Assembly (NCBI GenBank): GCA_020718085.1
Contig: DYDB01000001.1
Span: forward strand, 218,891 to 282,890
Reading direction: 5' to 3'
Source of the DNA: Micavibrio sp.
Lineage (GTDB): Bacteria > Patescibacteriota > Minisyncoccia > Moranbacterales > GCA-2747515
Length of the DNA stretch: 64,000 nt
In this document: piece by piece, positions 29,808 to 39,586 of the stretch
How positions within the stretch are numbered: position 1 is the first letter of the stretch
How the letters are laid out: each line of letters begins with the position of its first letter
Position numbers and translations under genes: made by a program
The notes under the pieces: model-generated
What the model saw: only the letters and a program-made list of their open reading frames with translations
The model's database searches: none
What the model was told of the DNA's origin: nothing

Positions 29808-30203
29808 ATGATACGTACCAAATGCATTATATTACCACCATCCGCAGGGGATGGACTGCGCATATCTGTGATGTCACGACACACATTAAATGATGGTGTT
29901 ACACCAGATCCACGCATATGGCCATCGTCATATGATCTGTGGCTCAAAGATGTCGCACCGCCGGACGCGATCGTTGGTAAATATTATCGTGGAGAGATCA
30001 CTTTTGATCAGTATTACAACCTGTATCAAGCGCATTTGCGTAAAGACCATATTGCAGTGATCGTACAAACGATCGCACGCTACGCTCTGCACAAGAGGAT
30101 TACTTTTCTGTGCATCGATTGGATGCCGGTCATGTGCCATCGCACACAATTGGCATACGAGTGCTTGTATTATGAGCCAACGCTCCATATCCAAAACTTC
30201 TAA
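29808..30203 (+). CDS. DUF488-family protein
   Basis: C-terminal ..FLCIDWMPVMCHRTQLAYECL matches the DUF488 C.E.....CHR motif. GAAGGAGGT RBS. Confidence 0.5.
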   Translation: MIRTKCIILPPSAGDGLRISVMSRHTLNDGVTPDPRIWPSSYDLWLKDVAPPDAIVGKYYRGEITFDQYYNLYQAHLRKDHIAVIVQTIARYALHKRITFLCIDWMPVMCHRTQLAYECLYYEPTLHIQNF

Positions 30204-30237
30204 AAAGCCGGATGTTCCAAAAGGAACACCGGCTTTT
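30202..30237 (+). terminator. Intrinsic terminator
   Basis: AAAAAGCCGGATGTTCCAAAAGGAACACCGGCTTTT. Confidence 0.6.
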
Positions 30238-30319
30238 ACTCTATAAAATTCACATAATTAAATTAGCAAAATGTGAAAATTGGGAATAGAATAAATAGAG
30301 AGAACATTTATACACACAC

Positions 30320-31678
30320 ATGGAGCATAACGATCTGACAAAAGGTAATATCTCCAAGCAGATAAAAATGATCGCAGTACCCGCGAGCATCGGCTTCTTT
30401 TTTAACACGATGTACAATGTTGTGGATACCTATTTTGGCGGACTCGTGTCAACCGATGCTCTGGCGGCATTATCTTTATCCTTTCCTGTGTTTTTTATTA
30501 TCATTGCACTTGGATCAGGCGTGTCAACTGGAGCAACTGTTCTTATTGCAAATGCACTTGGCGCCAAAGACGAAGACCGTTCACGATTGTATGCATTGCA
30601 AGCATTGAGTTTTTCTGTGATCACAAGTGTGATTTTGACAGTCGCCGGATACTTTGTTGCACCTTTTCTATTTACTGTTTTGGGCGCAACAGGTGATTAT
30701 CTTGCAATCTCGGTATCATATATCAATATCATATTACTGGGGTCGGTATTTTTTGGATTGACATTTGTAATGAATGGTATCTTGAATGCACGAGGGGATA
30801 CCAAAACGTTTCGGAATTTTTTGATCTTTGGATTTTTTCTCAATTGCATTTTGGATCCAGTATTTTTATTTGGCCTATGGGGCTTTCCGGAGCTTGGTCT
30901 TCCGGGTGTTGCGTGGGCTACATTTTTGATACAAGTGATTGGTGTTGTATATATGGGAAGCGTTCTTATAAAAAAAGATATTTTTTGCAAAGGTTGTTTT
31001 CATATGTTCTATCCGAAAGTGCAATATTTCAAAGAGATCGCACAACAAGGATTTCCCGCAAGCTTGAACATGTTGACGATCGCTGTTGGTATTTTCATCA
31101 TCACGTATTTTGTTGCACCGTTTGGAAAAACCGCAGTCGCTGCATATGGCATTGCAACAAGGATCGATCAGATCGCATTATTACCGACAATTGGACTAAA
31201 TATTGCAGCATTGACTCTTGTGGGGCAAAACAACGGTGCTAAGAAATTTGATCGATGCGTCACGGTCTTCCAGACGTCGTTGCGATACGGGTTTTATGTT
31301 TGTGTGATTGGCATGATCGGTGTGTATTTTTTTGCGAGTCAACTTATGGGATTATTTACACATGATGCAGATGTATTGCATGTAGGTATACATTATTTGC
31401 GCATCTCCGTTTTCATCTATTGGGCATATATGATCTTGTTTATCACCGTATCGGTGTTACAAGGTCTCAAAAAGCCGAACTTTGCTCTATGGATCGGTGT
31501 GTATCGTCAAATTCTTGCACCTGTATTGTTTTTCTACGTGTTTAGCAAAATGCTCGGATGGGGAGCTGATGGTGTGTGGTGGGGAATCTTTGCGATCAAC
31601 TGGACAGCTGTTGCAATCACACTTTTGTATGCGCGACATGTAATGAAAAATATTTTATCAGTTACTGCCAAAGAGTAG
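30320..31678 (+). CDS. MATE-family efflux transporter
   Basis: 12-TM profile, 452 aa and MATE-like conserved loops. Confidence 0.8.
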   Translation: MEHNDLTKGNISKQIKMIAVPASIGFFFNTMYNVVDTYFGGLVSTDALAALSLSFPVFFIIIALGSGVSTGATVLIANALGAKDEDRSRLYALQALSFSVITSVILTVAGYFVAPFLFTVLGATGDYLAISVSYINIILLGSVFFGLTFVMNGILNARGDTKTFRNFLIFGFFLNCILDPVFLFGLWGFPELGLPGVAWATFLIQVIGVVYMGSVLIKKDIFCKGCFHMFYPKVQYFKEIAQQGFPASLNMLTIAVGIFIITYFVAPFGKTAVAAYGIATRIDQIALLPTIGLNIAALTLVGQNNGAKKFDRCVTVFQTSLRYGFYVCVIGMIGVYFFASQLMGLFTHDADVLHVGIHYLRISVFIYWAYMILFITVSVLQGLKKPNFALWIGVYRQILAPVLFFYVFSKMLGWGADGVWWGIFAINWTAVAITLLYARHVMKNILSVTAKE

Positions 31679-31701
31679 TTTTATCACCATCTCTCCCTAA
31701 A

Positions 31702-31785
31702 CGTCATTGCGATCCGCCTCGGGCGGAGAAGCAATCAGAAAGATTTTTAACCCCCTCTCCCTATGGGAGAGGGTTGGGGTGAGGG
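31702..31785. repeat. Composite miniature repeat (GTCATTGCGATCCGCCTCGGGCGGAGAAGCAATC + CCCCCTCTCCCTATGGGAGAGGGTTGGGGTGAGGG)
   Basis: The two hairpin modules are juxtaposed. Its translation gives the spurious ORF ending PSPYGRGLG. Confidence 0.8.
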
Positions 31786-31941
31786 ACAATACCATAAAAA
31801 CGAAGGTAAATAAAAATGTAATGAACTCTTTAATTCATTGTTGACAGCGCAATGCAACTACGGTACGGTCTCAGTATACAGAGTTCTTTAATTGGGTGTA
31901 GAAACATATCAACAATCACGGCCAAAAAGGAGACGATGATC

Positions 31942-32808
31942 ATGCAAAAAAGAGAAGTTGTTGTGGCGATGAGCGGACTGCCTGGGAACATGCCCACAAA
32001 GATCGTTGAGCACATTTTGCGAGCGGATAAAGAAAAATATCCATTCATATTATGTCCGCATGCATTGACTGGTCCCGAGGTCACACAAAAAACGGTGACC
32101 ATATATAGGAAAAAGATCAAGCTATATCAACCTGATCGTGCAGAAGAATTTTTTGATGCAGTAGAGCGTTTCGAAGATACGCGTCCCGTGGTCATTGTGG
32201 ATTACACGCATGCATCGGCAATTGAAAAAAACGTGCAGCTGTATTGTGCTGAGGGAATCCCGTTTGTTATGGGAACAACTGGTGGAGATGAAAAGTGGAT
32301 CAAAAAGATCGTAAAAGAAACGACCAACTGCGCCATTGTCGGCCCGAATGCATCCGCACAGATCGTTGTCTTTCAAGCGATGATGACCTATGTGGCTACA
32401 ACGTTTCCCGATATTTTTCGTGGATTCACACTTGAAGTTGTAGAGAGTCATCAAAAAGGGAAAAAGGACACCAGCGGTACTGCCAAGGCCATTGTAAAGA
32501 ATTTCAATGCCATGGGCATTCCGTTTACGTTCGATCAGATCAGAAAGATCCGCGAACCCAATGAACAACGTGCCATTGGCGTACCCGAAGAATATCTTAC
32601 CGGACACGCATGGCATACATATACTGTGCGTGCGCCGGATGATAGTGTATTCTTTCAATTCACGCACAATGTCAACGGCAGAGATACGTACGCTCTCGGC
32701 ACATTGGACCTTATCAATTTTTTGATGAATAATATCAAGATCGGAAAAACCTATTCCGTGATCGACTGTGCAAAAAAAGCACAAAAAATGAACACGATGG
32801 TCAATTGA
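31942..32808 (+). CDS. dapB: Dihydrodipicolinate reductase (DapB) family protein
   Basis: Motif ESHQKGKKDTSGTAKAI matches the DapB E(x)HHxxKxDAPSGTA signature. N-terminal Rossmann GxxG. ORF 31852; ATG at 31942 follows AAAGGAG. Confidence 0.65.
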   Translation: MQKREVVVAMSGLPGNMPTKIVEHILRADKEKYPFILCPHALTGPEVTQKTVTIYRKKIKLYQPDRAEEFFDAVERFEDTRPVVIVDYTHASAIEKNVQLYCAEGIPFVMGTTGGDEKWIKKIVKETTNCAIVGPNASAQIVVFQAMMTYVATTFPDIFRGFTLEVVESHQKGKKDTSGTAKAIVKNFNAMGIPFTFDQIRKIREPNEQRAIGVPEEYLTGHAWHTYTVRAPDDSVFFQFTHNVNGRDTYALGTLDLINFLMNNIKIGKTYSVIDCAKKAQKMNTMVN

Positions 32809-32828
32809 GAAGATCAGATCTCACGAAC

Positions 32829-32872
32829 CAAAACAGCACATGACGACACCGTCACTGTGCTGTTTTCTTTTT
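32829..32872 (+). terminator. Intrinsic terminator
   Basis: ACAGCACATGACGACACCGTCACTGTGCTGT followed by TTTCTTTTTTTT. Confidence 0.6.
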
Positions 32873-33057
32873 TTACGTGGCGGTATTGCCAAAAATAATT
32901 ACATCAAGACCGCTTTCATTTTGACATTTTCTCTATTTCCTATACTCTTCAGAGTAAGAAAAAAGGTTTAAACAACAGTAAAGAATAAACTTTTTTGAGC
33001 ATAAAAGTCCATTAACAATGCTTCATAACCGATCAATCACATCTGGAGGAGATTGCC

Positions 33058-34479
33058 ATGAGCAAAGTGCAAGAAGAATTGTTGAAATTACCTGACTTTG
33101 TACAATTGCCAACGTTAGAAAGCCAATTATGTGCTCTGACACCGCACGATGGCCGCTATGCCGAATCGACATATTTACTGGCAAACTATTGTTCCGAAGC
33201 CGGTCTGCAGAGACTGCGTCTTTTGACGGAGATCGAATATCTGATCTATCTCAACCCGCATTTGATCAACAAAGTGGACGAACAGCAATTACGCAATATC
33301 TATGGAGGTTACGACGTAAGCGCCGCCATGCGGATCAAGGAGATCGATCGAAAGATCAATCACGATGTCAAAGCGGTCGAATATTTCATTTGCGACCGCT
33401 TAGATCAATTGAACAAGGGACATCTCAAACCGCATGTACATAAATTTCTCACCTCGGAAGACGTGACCAACGCGGCGATCGGTATGATGTTCTCCTTGGT
33501 GTATGACAAGATCATGCGTCCCGAAATGATGAAACTTCTGCAGATGATTTCTGCCCATGCAAAAATGTGGCAGGGTCAGCCAATGCTTGCTCGTACACAC
33601 GGTCAACCGGCAAGTCCGACAACTGTGGGAAAAGAATTTGCGATCTATGCATCGCGCATTGGTCAGATCATGCAAAAACTGGATGAACTGCCCATCACGA
33701 TCAAATGGAATGGCGCAAGCGGTAACTACAATGCGCACATTGCTGCAGATCCTGCACGTGACTGGTTTGATTTCAGCATCAATTTTGTGGAAATTCATCT
33801 CGGTTTTACGGTTGAGTTGTACACCGCACAGACAAATCATTATCTGTATGTTGCGGACATTTTACATCAATACAAAAATCTGTGCTCTGTTCTGATCGAT
33901 CTGTGCCAAGATATCTGGCTCTACATTTCCTACGACAATTTCAAATTGAAACCAAAGGATGGGGAAGTGGGCTCATCGGTGATGCCACACAAGGTCAATC
34001 CCATTGATTTTGAGAACGGGGAAGGTAACCTGGGACTTGCAGAGATCAATTTTGGCTACTTGGCGAGTAAATTGCAAAAATCCCGTATGCAACGCGATCT
34101 TTCTGATAGTACCACTTTGCGCAATCTGGGTGTGCATTTTGGTTCGTTTCTCATTGCGATCAAAAGTATCATGCGCGGTTTGGGAAAGATCGATATCAAT
34201 GAGCAGAAACTTCTGGAAGATCTCGAAAGAAATCCTGCCATACTTTCAGAAGCGATCCAATCTGTGATGAGAGGGCATAATATCCCAAATGGCTATGAGC
34301 GACTCAAAGAGATCACCAGGGGCAAAGTCGTGGATCTGGATATATTGCGAACGTTCGTTGCTTCACTGAAAGGAGAGCTGCCTGCGGGAGCTTTTGATTA
34401 TCTCTTTCATACAGTTCCCAGTGCATATACCGGACTAGCCGAGCAGTTAGTGGAAAATTGTTTGGATGAAGTGACCTGA
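33058..34479 (+). CDS. purB: Adenylosuccinate lyase
   Basis: Fumarate-lyase signature GSSVMPHKVNP. 473 aa. GGAGGAG RBS. Confidence 0.9.
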   Translation: MSKVQEELLKLPDFVQLPTLESQLCALTPHDGRYAESTYLLANYCSEAGLQRLRLLTEIEYLIYLNPHLINKVDEQQLRNIYGGYDVSAAMRIKEIDRKINHDVKAVEYFICDRLDQLNKGHLKPHVHKFLTSEDVTNAAIGMMFSLVYDKIMRPEMMKLLQMISAHAKMWQGQPMLARTHGQPASPTTVGKEFAIYASRIGQIMQKLDELPITIKWNGASGNYNAHIAADPARDWFDFSINFVEIHLGFTVELYTAQTNHYLYVADILHQYKNLCSVLIDLCQDIWLYISYDNFKLKPKDGEVGSSVMPHKVNPIDFENGEGNLGLAEINFGYLASKLQKSRMQRDLSDSTTLRNLGVHFGSFLIAIKSIMRGLGKIDINEQKLLEDLERNPAILSEAIQSVMRGHNIPNGYERLKEITRGKVVDLDILRTFVASLKGELPAGAFDYLFHTVPSAYTGLAEQLVENCLDEVT

Positions 34480-34513
34480 TAATAATCACTGTGTCAAAGA
34501 CACGCAAAAATGA

Positions 34514-34549
34514 ACAGCATATAGCCGCGCTATATGCTGTTTTCCTTTT
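34514..34549 (+). terminator. Intrinsic terminator
   Basis: ACAGCATATAGCCGCGCTATATGCTGT followed by TTTCCTTTT. Confidence 0.6.
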
Positions 34550-34588
34550 ATTCGATATTTTTTCTCATGCTATAAATAACTATAAATT

Positions 34589-34635
34589 GTCATTTCGGAC
34601 ATGCCTGTCCGCCTCTGGTGGAATCCGGAATCTAG
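34589..34635. repeat. Miniature repeat modules (GTCATTTCGGACATGCCTGTCCGCCTCTGGTGGAATCCGGAATCTAG)
   Basis: Shares modules with 321, 37425, 39100 and 39140. Confidence 0.7.
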
Positions 34636-34786
34636 AAAAATTTAATATGTAATGCAAAAATGTTAGTAAAAAATATATTTTAGTCATATCTTGTCGTCCT
34701 GATTTTGTTATAGTATAGTTCCATGTAGAAGTTGAAAGTGAAAAAATTAGTACCTACACAACCATTTTCCAAGAAGGAGACATCGT

Positions 34787-35479
34787 ATGAATTTACTGGC
34801 AAAGGAACAGGAACGGACAGTACAAATATCAGCATTCATGAGTGGTGTATATCTGTGGATGAGCATAGGTCTTCTCATTACCGGCATGATCGCACATTGG
34901 TTCGGCACGACGGGAGAATTGAGCCAGTTCGCACAAAAGAACATGTTTCTCTTATGCATTGCAGAACTGGGTATCGTATTTTACCTGTGTGCACGTATTG
35001 AACGCATGACCGCATTAACCGCACAGATGGCATTTGTCATCTATGCAGCGCTCAACGGCATCACGTTGTCAACGATCTTCATGATATATACACAACAGTC
35101 GATTGCGACCACCTTCATGATCTGTGCAGCAACATTTGCAATGTGCAGTGTCTATGGGTATACCACAAAAAAAGATCTGACGTCCTGGGGAAGCTTTTTG
35201 TTCATGGGGCTCATCGGTCTTGTGATCGCTACGTTTGTGAACGTTTTACTGCAAAGTCCGGCCATACATTTTGCCACATCAGCCATCGGTGTTATTGTTT
35301 TCGTTGGGTTAACGGCATATGATACGCAAAAACTCAAAGCGATGTCTGGCGTGGAAGGTTATCTCGTTCGCAACAAGCAGGTCAGCAACGCGGCGATCAT
35401 GGGCGCATTGGCTCTGTACCTTGATTTCATCAACCTCTTCTTGTTCTTCCTACGATTCTTTGGTGTTTCTCGAGACTGA
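34787..35479 (+). CDS. Bax inhibitor-1 / YccA-family membrane protein
   Basis: 7-TM profile with BI-1-family conserved residues. AAGGAG RBS. Confidence 0.8.
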   Translation: MNLLAKEQERTVQISAFMSGVYLWMSIGLLITGMIAHWFGTTGELSQFAQKNMFLLCIAELGIVFYLCARIERMTALTAQMAFVIYAALNGITLSTIFMIYTQQSIATTFMICAATFAMCSVYGYTTKKDLTSWGSFLFMGLIGLVIATFVNVLLQSPAIHFATSAIGVIVFVGLTAYDTQKLKAMSGVEGYLVRNKQVSNAAIMGALALYLDFINLFLFFLRFFGVSRD

Positions 35480-35506
35480 GATCATTCCACGTAGAAGATG
35501 AATATG

Positions 35507-35545
35507 TGGCGGCAAATCACCGAGTTGATTTGCCGCCATTTAAAT
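35507..35545 (+). terminator. Probable terminator hairpin
   Basis: TGGCGGCAAATCACCGAGTTGATTTGCCGCCA followed by a weak T-tract. Confidence 0.4.
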
Positions 35546-35664
35546 TGTCTTCGCGAGCCCGCTATATGCGGGCGTGGCGATCTATACAAAATTTTGATTA
35601 TTTGATCTGCACATGCTACAGTACAAACATTATTTGGGATCTGTAAACAATCATATTTTTGTGT

Positions 35665-36336
35665 ATGTCACCGATCCTACATCTTCCAAAACATGCTATG
35701 CCGCGTGAAAAACTCATTGAAAAAGGCCCTGAAAATCTCAGAGACAGCGAGCTTTTGGCAATCCTTCTCCGTACGGGTGTAAGAGGGAAGAACGTCATCG
35801 AACTGTCGCGAACTATTTTACAAGATCATCCGACCAAAAAACTGTTGTCACGAAATTACAAAGATCTCGCAAAGATCAAGGGCATCGGCCCGGCAAAGGC
35901 GTGCAATATGTTGGCAGCATTTGAACTGACCAAGCGCGCATTGGACGTGCAAGACAATAATCTTCCATCACTTACGCGCGCGATCGATGCCGTAGCACAA
36001 CTTCAAGAATTACGTCATGCAAAACGTGAGTATTTTGTTGCGCTCTATCTCAATGCACGCAATCAATTGGTGCACAAGGAAACGATCTCGATCGGCACAC
36101 TGAACGCCAGTCTCATCCATCCGCGCGAGATCTTCAAACCGGCAGTGGATCATCTTGCTGCCTCACTGATCGTTGCGCACAATCATCCCTCAGGTGACAC
36201 AGAACCGTCACATGACGATATGATGGTCACCAAAAGGATCACAGAAGCAGGACATATCATGGGCGTGGAGCTCATCGATCACATCATCATCACCCACAAC
36301 GCATTTTACAGTTTTCAAGAAAGAAACATTTTATAG
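35665..36336 (+). CDS. radC: RadC-family (UPF0758) JAMM-motif protein
   Basis: HNHPSGDTEPSHDD JAMM motif and MPREKL..ELLAILLRTG at the N-terminus. ORF 35659 (TTG); ATG at 35665. Confidence 0.85.
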   Translation: MSPILHLPKHAMPREKLIEKGPENLRDSELLAILLRTGVRGKNVIELSRTILQDHPTKKLLSRNYKDLAKIKGIGPAKACNMLAAFELTKRALDVQDNNLPSLTRAIDAVAQLQELRHAKREYFVALYLNARNQLVHKETISIGTLNASLIHPREIFKPAVDHLAASLIVAHNHPSGDTEPSHDDMMVTKRITEAGHIMGVELIDHIIITHNAFYSFQERNIL

Positions 36337-36355
36337 TGCCATACCGATTCGATAT

Positions 36356-36390
36356 GTCATTGCGATCCGCCTCGGGCTGAGAAGTAATCC
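36356..36390. repeat. GTCATTGCGATCCGCCTCGGGCTGAGAAGTAATCC module repeat
   Basis: Family copy. Confidence 0.7.
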
Positions 36391-36490
36391 AGAACCCTTA
36401 AAGATTGAAAAAGCAATATTTTTACAGGTTTCAATAAAAGAATATAATCATATTAACAAGTAATAAATCAATAAATACGGCAATACTTTT

Positions 36491-37261
36491 ATGAAAAATA
36501 ATCTAAACACGATATTATCGCAAATATTAAAAATCATGATGATCTTCTTTTTACTGATCTCTTCCGTCTATATATTTATGCATCTCTTTTTCTACAAGTC
36601 ACATACATTTATCATTGTAGATAACGTTCAAGATGACAGAGCCTCTTTTATTACCAAAAGCCTCAAAAAAATTGCTGAATCATCCGCATTCACCAAAGTC
36701 ATGGATAGTCAGGATGTTTTGCAACTGATAAGTATCTTTGCGATTTTCGGTGGTGTGTTGGCATACATCTTTCAAACCATCGTTAAAGCCGATTTGATCA
36801 ATGAAAATGAGAAGGCAAAATTGGATAATAGAAGATTTACAGAAGCACAAGCATTTAAGACTATAGGACTCGTGGGATATTATCACTATGAGATGGTTAG
36901 AGAAATTGATGAGAAGGACGAGGAAGAAGAAAATGAAGATGATGATGATATTTGTGGAAAGGAAGATCTTTTGAATAAAAATGTACTACTTGATGATGCA
37001 ATAAAACAGACGTACAAAGCTATGGAGTTTGCAAGTGAACTTAACGAAAAAGATTTCAATCATGGACCGCTGTTGTACATCTGCAAAAATAATCTAGCAT
37101 GGTATCTGGCAGAGCGAAAAAATGAAAACGATGCCGAAGAGGCGTGTGCACTTATAAATGATTGCATAGAAAAACTGCACACATACCCCACACATGCGCA
37201 TGCTTGGAAATCAACTTTATGTTTCGTGAATGAAAGATTCAAAAAACAAACAAAATGCTAG
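36491..37261 (+). CDS. Hypothetical membrane-anchored protein with an acidic stretch
   Basis: N-terminal TM helices and an acidic EEEENEDDDD run. Confidence 0.55.
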   Translation: MKNNLNTILSQILKIMMIFFLLISSVYIFMHLFFYKSHTFIIVDNVQDDRASFITKSLKKIAESSAFTKVMDSQDVLQLISIFAIFGGVLAYIFQTIVKADLINENEKAKLDNRRFTEAQAFKTIGLVGYYHYEMVREIDEKDEEEENEDDDDICGKEDLLNKNVLLDDAIKQTYKAMEFASELNEKDFNHGPLLYICKNNLAWYLAERKNENDAEEACALINDCIEKLHTYPTHAHAWKSTLCFVNERFKKQTKC

Positions 37262-37364
37262 AATTCTGGAATAAATTTCATATTTAAAAGCCTGTTTATT
37301 TTTACATTAGTAACTACGTACAGTATATCATAATACTTTCAATATTCAAACATAGAAGAATGAT

Positions 37365-37471
37365 GCCCCCTCTCCCTCTGGGAGAGGGCTGGGGTGAGGG
37401 AAATATTTTCATCCTAACCAAACACGTCATTGCGCCTGTCCGCCTTTGGCGGAAGCATAGAGAAGCAATCC
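37365..37471. repeat. Composite miniature repeat (CCCCCTCTCCCTCTGGGAGAGGGCTGGGGTGAGGG .. CGTCATTGCGCCTGTCCGCCTTTGGCGGAAGC..GAAGCAATCC)
   Basis: All three module types are combined. Confidence 0.8.
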
Positions 37472-37583
37472 ATGATCCGAATTGACACCAATCAGTATTC
37501 CTGCTTTTATTATGGCAAGATATTTTTGTTGTTTTGACAATTACATATAATACACGAAACCACTACACAGGAGGTAAAAAGAG

Positions 37584-38930
37584 ATGGAAAAAAAAGCATT
37601 CACTTCTGCACAAACATTTTTACAATGTATCAATTGTCAGCATACCGCCGATCTGCTGGATGAGCGCACGTTCTCTTGTCCGAAATGTGGCAGTCTCTAT
37701 GATGTTGTGCATAACTCAGATGTGAGCAAGTTACTCGATTTTAACGCATATACAAAGATCTTTGACGAACGCGCGCAATCAAAACATCATCTGTACCTCA
37801 ATCCACGTTCGCGATCCGGCGTATGGCGTTTTCAGGAATGGATCATGCCATATCTGCCAACGCAATACATCACGACGCTTGGCGAAGGTAATGTGCCGAT
37901 CGTTCGTGCCGGCAGATATTTACAGGCATGGATCGGTGATATTGAATTGTGGATCATTTTGGAAGGCATGACACCGACAGGATCTTTCAAAGATTTTGGC
38001 GGTACGGTCATGATCTCTGTAGCCAAGGCTGCCGGGATCAACGCAATCGGATGTGCTTCCACCGGTGATACGTCCGCTATGGCCGCTGCATATGCATCAG
38101 CAGCGGGTATGAGATGTGTCGTTGTATTGCCAAAAAATTTGGTGACTGCGGCACAAATCGCACAACCACTTGTACACGGTGCAACAGTGATCATGCTCCC
38201 GGGAACTTTCGACGTATGCATGCGTGTTGTACGTGAACTTGTGCAAGCAGGTTTACTTTTTCCGGCAAACAGTCTCAACCCCACACGCATTGAGGGACAT
38301 CAGGCGACAGTATTTCTCACAGCACAATTCTTCAATTGGGAATTGCCCGATTTCTTTGGAGTACCGGTAGGCAACGGCAGTAATGGCAGTTCCATTGGTA
38401 AAGGTATTCGTACCATGCAATCGTTCGGCTATACAGGAAAAATTCCGCATATTTTAGGTTGTCAGTCAGAAGCAGCGCATCCGTTATCACTGTCATGGCT
38501 CAAAGCATGTGATGCACGACAAAAGAACGTAGAATCAGCATGGCGTGAAATTTACAAGCCCCAGATGAGCGTTGGCGTTACGACCGCAACTGCTGCATTG
38601 ATTGGTAATCCGGTATCGTGGCAGAAAGTCATTCGCGAAGTGGTTCACACTGACGGGATGATGAACATCGTACCGGAAGCTATGCTCAATGAGGCGGTAG
38701 CTGTATGTGGTAAAGATGGACACTTTGTCTGTCCGCAAACCGGCACAGTTCTTGCAGGCATCAAACAGGCTGTAGAAAGTGGGCAAATCGCCAAGGGATC
38801 ACGCGTTGTCGCTGTGTCCACAGCAAATGGTCTCAAATTCACAGAGTCAGCGACAATGGGGTTGCAGGATACGATCATTCATGCACAGGACTGTAACACA
38901 GAAACAGTTGCAAAGATCATGGGTTTCTAG
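37584..38930 (+). CDS. thrC: Threonine synthase (long form with an N-terminal zinc ribbon)
   Basis: PLP-lysine motif (GSFKD). N-terminal CxxC..CxxC. AGGAGGT RBS. Confidence 0.85.
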   Translation: MEKKAFTSAQTFLQCINCQHTADLLDERTFSCPKCGSLYDVVHNSDVSKLLDFNAYTKIFDERAQSKHHLYLNPRSRSGVWRFQEWIMPYLPTQYITTLGEGNVPIVRAGRYLQAWIGDIELWIILEGMTPTGSFKDFGGTVMISVAKAAGINAIGCASTGDTSAMAAAYASAAGMRCVVVLPKNLVTAAQIAQPLVHGATVIMLPGTFDVCMRVVRELVQAGLLFPANSLNPTRIEGHQATVFLTAQFFNWELPDFFGVPVGNGSNGSSIGKGIRTMQSFGYTGKIPHILGCQSEAAHPLSLSWLKACDARQKNVESAWREIYKPQMSVGVTTATAALIGNPVSWQKVIREVVHTDGMMNIVPEAMLNEAVAVCGKDGHFVCPQTGTVLAGIKQAVESGQIAKGSRVVAVSTANGLKFTESATMGLQDTIIHAQDCNTETVAKIMGF

Positions 38931-38945
38931 AGAACACTCTACAAA

Positions 38946-38985
38946 AACAGTAGTGTCACACAATGTGATACTACTGTTTTCTTTT
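38946..38985 (+). terminator. Intrinsic terminator
   Basis: ACAGTAGTGTCACACAATGTGATACTACTGT followed by TTTCTTTT. Confidence 0.6.
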
Positions 38986-38995
38986 ACTCCAAATT

Positions 38996-39180
38996 CCCCC
39001 TCTCCCTATGGGAGAGGGTTGGGGTGAGGGCATTTTTTATCCCAACTAAACACGTCTTTGCGATCCGCCTCGGGTGGAGAAGCAATCCAGCCCCTTTTGT
39101 CATTCCGGACTTGATCCGGAATCTAGTCTTATGTCATCCCGCCTGTCCGCCTTTGGAGGAAGCGAAATCGAGGAATCCAG
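38996..39180. repeat. Largest composite miniature repeat: all four hairpin modules in tandem
   Basis: CCCCCTCTCCCTATGGGAGAGGGTTGGGGTGAGGG; CGTCTTTGCGATCCGCCTCGGGTGGAGAAGCAATCC; TCATTCCGGACTTGATCCGGAATCTAG; CGCCTGTCCGCCTTTGGAGGAAGCGAAATCGAGGAATCC. Confidence 0.85.
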
Positions 39181-39256
39181 AGAACAAAATCAACATGTTC
39201 CAAGATGAAAACAGTTGGAAATTATAGCAACTATCCGGAAACTCCGAATAGTTCAC

Positions 39257-39280
39257 AAAACCCCATCAAATTGGCAAAAA
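39257..39280. repeat. Direct repeat AAAACCCCATCAAATTGGCAAAAA (left copy)
   Basis: 23 of 24 nt identical to 40377-40400. The pair brackets the promoter + ORF-free transcript + HD gene. Confidence 0.7.
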
Positions 39281-39293
39281 TGAATAAAAACAT

Positions 39294-39321
39294 TGATTTA
39301 TTGGTGAAAATGTGCTATAAT
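39294..39321 (+). promoter_or_regulatory. Near-consensus sigma70 promoter with an extended -10 (TTGATT-16-TGcTATAAT)
   Basis: TTGATT at 39294-39299, TGC + TATAAT at 39313-39321. Confidence 0.5.
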
Positions 39322-39329
39322 AAGGGTGT

Positions 39330-39510
39330 AGAGAACTTAACAATATTACAAAATACGGATCTTTTCTTGTGAAATACACAGGATGGGCAAACTGGGAAAT
39401 CTGCGGTGCGCCTTACGGGATCTGTAACTGACATGCTTTACAAAGCGGTTGGGAGATTTCATTCAGTTGTCGAACTGGATCAAAACTCTTAGCCGCTTTT
39501 TTTGTTTGGT
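39330..39510 (+). ncRNA. Candidate small RNA or 5' leader transcribed from the consensus promoter
   Basis: ORF-free stretch of about 180 nt ending in ..GCCGCTTTTTTTG. Downstream HD-domain gene at 39587. Family not identified. Confidence 0.25.
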
Positions 39511-39586
39511 TAAGAGATAATCAAAGAAAGTGAGGCACGCCTATGATATATCGCACAAAACATTTTAATCAGTAATAATATTCATT

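Noticed and set aside
31576-31782. 68-aa ORF ending PSPYGRGLG (and the similar 38779..39027 ORF)
   Set aside because: Both are read-through translations of the CCCCCTCTCCC..GGGAGAGGG miniature repeats. They have no independent coding signal.
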